Shown here: piece after piece, positions 57,681 through 64,000 of the stretch
Position numbering within the stretch: the first letter of the stretch is position 1
How the letters are laid out: each line of letters starts with the position of its first letter
Assembly: GCA_963663965.2 (NCBI GenBank)
Contig: CAXXFK010000021.1
Coordinates: 64,001-128,000, forward strand
DNA: 64,000 bases
From: Sedimentisphaerales bacterium
GTDB lineage: Bacteria; Planctomycetota; Phycisphaerae; Sedimentisphaerales; SM23-30
Direction: 5' to 3'
The notes under the pieces: generated by a model
The model's database searches: none
The model's input: only the letters and a program-made list of their open reading frames with translations
Told to the model about the DNA's origin: nothing
Made by a program: the position numbers and the translations under genes

Positions 57681-58875
57681 TTTGTAAATTGTTTTCCAAT
57701 TTCTTGCGAGTTCGTGTTATTGCCTGGATTCGGAGTTCTGCTTGAGTACGCATCTTTTCTTCCTTATGATTGACTCGAGCGCGCCATTTCTTATATTCAT
57801 TATTTAAAAACTGTATTTTTTCTTTTTCATCAAGGCCCGATGGCATGTCTAATAAAGCCTCGTCTGAAGACTGGTCAAACATCGAAACCGCAAAATGTTT
57901 ATCTTGAAATTCTCTTGCCAATTCATCGGGAATATCCAGTATTTCTGCCAAATGTTTCAATACATCCCGCTCTGATTCCTGCACTTCTTCATCGGCAGCT
58001 ATTATCCGCACGGCCAATTCGTAAGCGGCATGTGCATCACTTTTTCCTCCAGCTTCTTTGAGTTCACTACACGCTGATTCGATGGCAACATGGCTATCTA
58101 AGGCGTTCGCCTTATGCTCGACAAGCGTTGTCTTAAGTATATTATTGACTTCATTTTTAATTCGTTCAGGGTCTTTAAGACGGGCAAATTGCTCTGCAAA
58201 ATAATTGCGAATAACTGCTGTTTCGCGCTTATCGATATAGCCATCCGAAGCGCTGACAGCAATTGCGATTCTTGCAATTTTACTATTGATATCAATGCTA
58301 CGCTGTTCATACTCCATATAACCGTATTCTTTTTGTATATAGGTACGGGTTGCAGAACCAGCCTTTATAATTCGATCCGAATCGCCTTCAGTGACGGCTA
58401 CATAAATTTTTAGTTTTCGTTCTCCTCTTTTGGGCATAATCAATGCCTCGGGAGGAAACGCAATAACCGGCATATCTTCAAACGAAGTGATTAAGTATGG
58501 CATTTTACTTTCATAATGACCACTAAAAAAACCGTGTTCATTAGCCAGATCCGGAATTGTACATAAAACGGGTAATTTTTCATCTTCATCGGAGTCACTG
58601 ATATCTATTAAATAAAATTGGATTTGGCAAGGATAGTTTTGGGATGGCACCAAACAGGTACCACTTATAGTTACTTTATGACAAGGCAATTTCTCCCCAT
58701 CTTTAGTTTCAATACTGCTTTCGAACAGCTTGACTTTGAGATCATTATCCAATTCTTTTTTTAAATCTAATAATTTGGAATTGGCTTCCTGCTTTGTTTT
58801 CTCATCTTTGGAATCTTTAACCGCAGAATAAATACAAAATATTACGAAAAGCACTATAAAAATTACCCATCCCAT
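57673..58875 (-). CDS. Membrane-anchored TerB-domain protein with degenerate J-domain-like C-terminus (DjlA-like layout)
   Basis: N-terminal TM helix; AVSASDGYIDKRE and IIAADEEVQESE TerB motifs; tail ALLDM...EYKKWRARVNHK...QAIT without HPD. Confidence 0.75.
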   Translation of the reverse strand: MGWVIFIVLFVIFCIYSAVKDSKDEKTKQEANSKLLDLKKELDNDLKVKLFESSIETKDGEKLPCHKVTISGTCLVPSQNYPCQIQFYLIDISDSDEDEKLPVLCTIPDLANEHGFFSGHYESKMPYLITSFEDMPVIAFPPEALIMPKRGERKLKIYVAVTEGDSDRIIKAGSATRTYIQKEYGYMEYEQRSIDINSKIARIAIAVSASDGYIDKRETAVIRNYFAEQFARLKDPERIKNEVNNILKTTLVEHKANALDSHVAIESACSELKEAGGKSDAHAAYELAVRIIAADEEVQESERDVLKHLAEILDIPDELAREFQDKHFAVSMFDQSSDEALLDMPSGLDEKEKIQFLNNEYKKWRARVNHKEEKMRTQAELRIQAITRTRKKLENNLQNV

Positions 58876-60419
58876 TATTCTATCTCCAAGTCATCAAAAT
58901 CAGCTTCTACCTCTTCAACGAGTTGTTGAGCTCGTAAAGCGTCAGCAGATTCAAGCGTTTTTATCTTACCGGTTTCGACATCTTTAAATTCAAAGTTCAT
59001 TTGACCATTGACATCATAGGAATAGGTCACCTCAATTGGACATCCTGGTGGCCTGCCTTCGGGAAGTTCCAAAGATTCATCTATCAGTATATTGACAAAT
59101 TCCGGATCTGGATCTTCCCCTTGAGTAACACTACAGTCAATTGCAGTCTGATTATGGTATCGTGTGTAATAGGTTTTACTTTTCTTGGCTGGTATTGGTG
59201 TATTTTTAGATATAATAATATCGTTTCTAAGCATATCTCTGCCACCTACATCACAAACCACATATGTCCCAAGGCTGTGTGCAGTCACATCCTGTAATTT
59301 TGTACGACTGATGATGGCTGCTGCCTGTGGAGTCAATTCAGTAAGTCCTTTCTGATGCATCAAAAAACCGGCTTTGATAGCTGCTCCCAAGGCTACCGCC
59401 TCATCCGGATTTACATAGCTGATTGGCTCCTTGCCAAATTTGGCTTTCAGCATTTGTTGGACAGCCGGGATACGACTGGAACCGCCCACCAGCAGCACTT
59501 CATCAATGCCGCCCGGTTCTAAACTGGCAGCTTCCAGGGCATTTTCTACTAACATCTGTGTTCTCATAACCTCATCCGATATCAGTTTTTCAAAAGTGGC
59601 TCGCTGGACATCGACGACAATCATATTCGCACCCCAATTGGGGCGACATTGTTCCTGACTTGTTTTAGATAGCCCTTTTTTGACAGTTTCGCTTAGATCT
59701 ATTAGATTTAGCCAGTCACCATTTTTTTCATCTTCTTTAATAGAGATATTTTTTTCTTCCAGAAATTTTTGAGTCAGAAACCGAGCTAACCGAATATCCA
59801 AATCGCATCCGCCTAATTTATGATCCCCTTCTGAGGCGATTATTTTTATATTATGAGCATCCTCAACTTGGACGATAGATACATCAAACGTCCCACCCCC
59901 AAAATCATAAACCAATATAGTTCCTGGTCGCCCTCCAGTAGAAGCATAGGTCAATGCCGCAGCCGTTGGTTCATTAATTATTTCAAGTAATTCGAGACCA
60001 GCAAGTCTAGCCGCATTCATTGTTGCCACCCGCCTCGTTTCATCGAAATACGCTGGTACCGTAACAACCGCATATTTTATGTGCCCCAGCCTCGCCTCTG
60101 CATCTTTTCTTAGCTTTTTTAATATGATACTGCTTAACTCAATCGCTGAATATTGCTTGCTATTTACGGCAAACCGCCAATCTGGATCGCCCATTTGGCG
60201 CTTAATCCATTGAACAACCCGATCTGGCTGATGCCCGGCACATCGCTTCGCATGTTCACCAACGATGGTTGTAATATCATCCTGAAAAAAAATCGCGGAT
60301 CGCGTAATACGTTCACCTTCAGCATTCGGCACAATTTCCGGACGTCCGGCCGCATTAATCACGGCCAGTGCTGAATAGGTGGTCCCCAAATCAATACCAA
60401 TACATGGATACGAACTCAT
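58875..60419 (-). CDS. Hsp70-family protein (non-canonical, lacks the helical lid)
   Basis: GIDLGTTYS, IKRQMG, TVPAYF, INEPTAAA, YDFGGGTFDVS, LVGGSSRIP, NPDEAVALGAA, DVTAHSLG; only 514 aa; AGGAG RBS. Confidence 0.93.
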   Translation of the reverse strand: MSSYPCIGIDLGTTYSALAVINAAGRPEIVPNAEGERITRSAIFFQDDITTIVGEHAKRCAGHQPDRVVQWIKRQMGDPDWRFAVNSKQYSAIELSSIILKKLRKDAEARLGHIKYAVVTVPAYFDETRRVATMNAARLAGLELLEIINEPTAAALTYASTGGRPGTILVYDFGGGTFDVSIVQVEDAHNIKIIASEGDHKLGGCDLDIRLARFLTQKFLEEKNISIKEDEKNGDWLNLIDLSETVKKGLSKTSQEQCRPNWGANMIVVDVQRATFEKLISDEVMRTQMLVENALEAASLEPGGIDEVLLVGGSSRIPAVQQMLKAKFGKEPISYVNPDEAVALGAAIKAGFLMHQKGLTELTPQAAAIISRTKLQDVTAHSLGTYVVCDVGGRDMLRNDIIISKNTPIPAKKSKTYYTRYHNQTAIDCSVTQGEDPDPEFVNILIDESLELPEGRPPGCPIEVTYSYDVNGQMNFEFKDVETGKIKTLESADALRAQQLVEEVEADFDDLEIE

Positions 60420-60439
60420 ACCTGATACTCCTAAATGTA

Positions 60440-61141
60440 TTATTTTCGATAAACGGTAACCCGCGCAGGACGTAATACCTTTTCCTCGATTTCACTAACC
60501 TGTTCAATATAACCGCACTTATCAACATGCGCTATGGTATCCGGCACACGCCAGAACCGGGCAGGTTCGGCTTTAAAGGATTCCATATAGTTCATGTCAA
60601 ATACCTCGCCAGGCTGAGGTTCAATAACATCGATATCATGCTTTGCTAATATCTCTCTTACGAATTTTAATAACTCAATATTAAAATTATCTGGCTCGAC
60701 AACCGCCGCTTCCATGGCTTTTACTCTTCGAAACAGCAGGTCGTGTAATTCAAAAAAAGATTCTAAGACATCCATTTTCCCTTGCCTGATATAATCACTC
60801 TCTTGACGAACCAATTTATCTTTAGCCAAATGGACAAATCGGTTGATTTCATCCATTTTATAATCCATACCCAAAACCACCTGTTTCAATTCCATAAATA
60901 CTTCGCCAGCCGCTTTTTTATTTTTAACCGCTTCCTCCGTATTTGCATGATTTGCTTTGATATTTGTTCCCACATCTGCTTTTCCACTAGAAGAAGTGTC
61001 GTTGATTTCTTGTTCACTCGATAGTGGGGCAGATTCCATATTCCCCTCCTGTGATTCTATAGGACTTTGTTTGGTAAGCTCGCCCTCACTATTATCATTT
61101 TCACTGCTATTTTTATTTTCAAGATTTATATCACTGGCCAT
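60440..61141 (-). CDS. GrpE-like nucleotide exchange factor
   Basis: Acidic disordered N-terminus, long helix, GEVFDMNYMES, GY...VLRPARVTV. Start placed at MASDINL; the ORF is open to 61216. Confidence 0.8.
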   Translation of the reverse strand: MASDINLENKNSSENDNSEGELTKQSPIESQEGNMESAPLSSEQEINDTSSSGKADVGTNIKANHANTEEAVKNKKAAGEVFMELKQVVLGMDYKMDEINRFVHLAKDKLVRQESDYIRQGKMDVLESFFELHDLLFRRVKAMEAAVVEPDNFNIELLKFVREILAKHDIDVIEPQPGEVFDMNYMESFKAEPARFWRVPDTIAHVDKCGYIEQVSEIEEKVLRPARVTVYRK

Positions 61142-61921
61142 GTCGTCATCTCTCTGTATTTCAAACACATTTTGAAACCTCGTTATCATCGAATAACACA
61201 ATTGACTCGCAGGCATTTAAAGCTACGAGTTGATGAACTCAATAAATTGCATTTCTTATCCCTAAAATGTTAACAGCCCGTTTTTGCTGCTTTTACTAAA
61301 CACAAAACCTAGATAATCATCACACATATAATCTCCTTAACAAATAACATAGCAAGAAGATAAAATACGATGTAGAATTAATTATGTATTTCGAGGTCAA
61401 GCCAGACAATTATTTTACTATACACAATATCCAGAAAAATATAAAGAAATTTATTCCTAATAATTTCATATTTTCTCCATAATAATACTATGTTTTTTCA
61501 ATATATGGTTTTAATGACTTTAAGTCACATTCGGCAATATATAACACAATATAAAATAAAGCCTTACCGAACCAGCACACCTGTCTAACTCATAGGATTA
61601 GCATGTCCGATATATGCAACAATCTAACTTTATTTCATTGTTAATCACCAAAATTTTGTATTAACCAACTACGATATTTCTTGCTCACTACCCTGCGCCG
61701 AACGCTGGCAGCAAGCCCTGACACCCTGACATAAATCGCCAATCCGGGCCCAACCTCCCAATGCCATCATTCTTCACATCATCCTCAAACATCCCCCCAA
61801 AAAAAACAACAACCCAGGCCACACCATAAAGGCGGCCCGGGTCATTGTTTCCATAAATTGGTTTCCTCTCAATACTTCGGCATGGTAACAAATATATAAA
61901 TACCTGACGGATACATGATCA

Positions 61922-63559
61922 TCAATCCCGCAACCATCTCTCAGAAAGAATGGCATGATCGAACATATCCACAACACCATCAAGATTAAAATCGGACTTT
62001 AAGCGATAGCCGCTTGTTCCCTCCATCTGCCATTCCCGGATAAACAGATCCAGATCCCGCCCATCGACTACCGCGTCGCAGTTACCGTCCGCCACCAGCG
62101 GATTCTCCCACCACAGCATCGCGTAACCGCCCCCCACCGGCAGATACCAGTAATCGTTATTCCCGTCACTGCTGTCACCCACAAAATCGAACGCCAGGTT
62201 CGCCGCGTCCTGCATCTGGGCGGTCGTCAATCCCACTCCCGCTTCACTCACCGAAATCCCCGCCACCTGATAATCCCAGTAGCATCCGGTAATAATATTA
62301 TAACTGCCATAAGACCGCCCTACAAATCCGCCGATCTGCTTCACATCATACTGCCCGGTTACGACACAAGCCGCATAACAATCCACCAGATCCCCGCGGT
62401 CATTATAACCGATCCCGCCGCCAATCTTCTCCGCCGCGTAGCTGGCGTTCACACTGCCAGTCGCCCGGCACCTGCTGATCAGACACTGGTTCACCCCGGC
62501 AATCCCACCCAGGCGGTCCGCGCCATATTTTCCATAAATATCGATCTGCGTACTGCAATCGTAAACAAATCCTTCATTTTCATTCACTCCCACAACCCCG
62601 CCGGCGGTATAATCCCACACGGTAATCATCCCGCGGCTATAACACCGCCTGATAATCCCATTACTCAAGCCGGCAATCCCCCCCGCTTTTTCATAACATT
62701 CCACCGTCACATCGCTGTAACAATCCAGCGCCGTGCTATAGCGCGCCAGTGACCCCACAATCCCGCCGGCCCGTTCTTTGGTCCCGCCGTTGACAGTTCC
62801 CTCAAATTGACAGTTCAGGATATCGTTGTAATCGTTCGCCTCGCCAACAATACCCCCACAAAAACCATTCGACGCATTAACCGTCCCGGCCGCCACGCAA
62901 CCGGCCACTTCTCCAAATTCCATATGCCCGATCACGCCCCCGACATTCTGTTTGCCATCAATAGTCACCGCCGCCGTACACCCGACCAGGGCCCCGCCAT
63001 TACTAAATCCGGCCACCCCGCCTACACTGGGCGCATAACCCGCATCCACCACCCCGCTCACATGACAGTTGACAATCTGCCCTCCCAGGTAATTACTGCC
63101 ATACCCGCAAGCCCCGGCCACACCACCAATCCTCGCGCCGGTATAAATGGAATAGATGGACACGTCCGTCAAATTCAGATTCGCGACAACCCCGCCACTG
63201 CCTATAATCCCAAACAAACCCACATTATCCGCATTGCTCTTCATATGGATGCCAAGGTTCCGGATCGTATAACCGTTGCCGTCGAACATCCCCGTAAACA
63301 CATCCGGTGTACCCGGCGCGATCACCGCGTTGGAAAAAGTCCCATCACTGTTATCGCCCTGACCACTCAGATCCAGATCACTGACCAGCTTGAAACAGGC
63401 GTCATAATCCTGCGTCTGAGCCGCCAGCAACATCAGATCCGCTTCCGATCCAATCAGATAGGGATTGCCGACGCTGCCGCTCCCCCCGGAATACCGGGCC
63501 GGCAAACTGCTCGCCAGAATCAAAACTACCGCTACAATATTTGCTATAGTAATCCGCAT
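61922..63559 (-). CDS. Secreted GLUG-motif beta-helix protein with C-terminal dockerin-like repeats
   Basis: Signal peptide; YSGGSG...PY.I, FTG.FDGNGYTI.NL, repeated xGGxxG (GLUG); DGNCDAVVDGRDL and DFNLDGVVDMFD. Confidence 0.85.
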   Translation of the reverse strand: MRITIANIVAVVLILASSLPARYSGGSGSVGNPYLIGSEADLMLLAAQTQDYDACFKLVSDLDLSGQGDNSDGTFSNAVIAPGTPDVFTGMFDGNGYTIRNLGIHMKSNADNVGLFGIIGSGGVVANLNLTDVSIYSIYTGARIGGVAGACGYGSNYLGGQIVNCHVSGVVDAGYAPSVGGVAGFSNGGALVGCTAAVTIDGKQNVGGVIGHMEFGEVAGCVAAGTVNASNGFCGGIVGEANDYNDILNCQFEGTVNGGTKERAGGIVGSLARYSTALDCYSDVTVECYEKAGGIAGLSNGIIRRCYSRGMITVWDYTAGGVVGVNENEGFVYDCSTQIDIYGKYGADRLGGIAGVNQCLISRCRATGSVNASYAAEKIGGGIGYNDRGDLVDCYAACVVTGQYDVKQIGGFVGRSYGSYNIITGCYWDYQVAGISVSEAGVGLTTAQMQDAANLAFDFVGDSSDGNNDYWYLPVGGGYAMLWWENPLVADGNCDAVVDGRDLDLFIREWQMEGTSGYRLKSDFNLDGVVDMFDHAILSERWLRD

Positions 63560-64000
63560 TGCTTAACTCCTGATGACTATAATCCATTATTCATACTCAA
63601 TTCACGCTTGGTATTAGCTTGCAAGCTAACGAATCCAGAGGATACCGGAAAATTTCACCCGATCGCCATAACTCAAATGTCGCTGCTAAACATCTCAGAC
63701 AACAATCTTGCCATCCAGCCGGGCATAAATACTGTTAACAATATCAAATAGCCATGAATCATTTGGATTCACTGTTAAATACACCCAACCCCAATCGATC
63801 TTGCGCTTAAAATTTAACAAATAACCATTTTTTCCTCTACCCGGCCATTACAGAAAAAATCATTACCCACCCCCCACAGACCCTCTACAGAAAACCAGAC
63901 CATTAATTCTTTTAAAAACAATACGTTATAAACCATAACGGCAATATCCCACCCGGACGAATCCACAAACAATACCGACACAGAAATAAAAACACCCCAC

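Noticed and set aside
58875..60419. Housekeeping dnaK
   Set aside because: It is too short (no lid), has a divergent linker and atypical composition, and has no canonical dnaJ or hrcA nearby, so no gene symbol was assigned.

Overview
Ordinary-looking 64 kb chromosomal window. The gene content (dockerin-like secreted proteins, an H-X9-D[GW] prepilin-like protein, a LEPRxLL giant adhesin, many glycoside hydrolases) suggests a Phycisphaerae/Sedimentisphaerales-like planctomycete; this is an inference. Left half: carbohydrate-use genes (GH78, GH2, GH127, two unclassified six-hairpin-type enzymes, SSS transporters, an FAD oxidoreductase). Housekeeping genes: rpmI-rplT-pheS, rpsO-pnp, larC, trxB, hisD-hisC-hisB. 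Best candidate for an undescribed system: an AT-rich four-gene operon at 56556-61141 (minus strand) with overlapping or closely spaced genes. It encodes a GrpE-like protein, a lidless Hsp70, a membrane-anchored TerB protein with an HPD-less J-like tail, and a soluble M48 zinc protease with a TerB-like tail. Also notable: a DtxR-Fur-FeoA triple-fusion regulator; a ~3190-aa cadherin-repeat protein split by a single-base insertion; an RDD/PsbP-like gene interrupted by one in-frame TAG; an adenylate-kinase-like/NDT-like fusion; a dispersed ~34-bp palindrome; and candidate structured RNA leaders. No rRNA, tRNA, CRISPR array, integrase or transposase was recognised. All family calls come from motif reading, not database searches.
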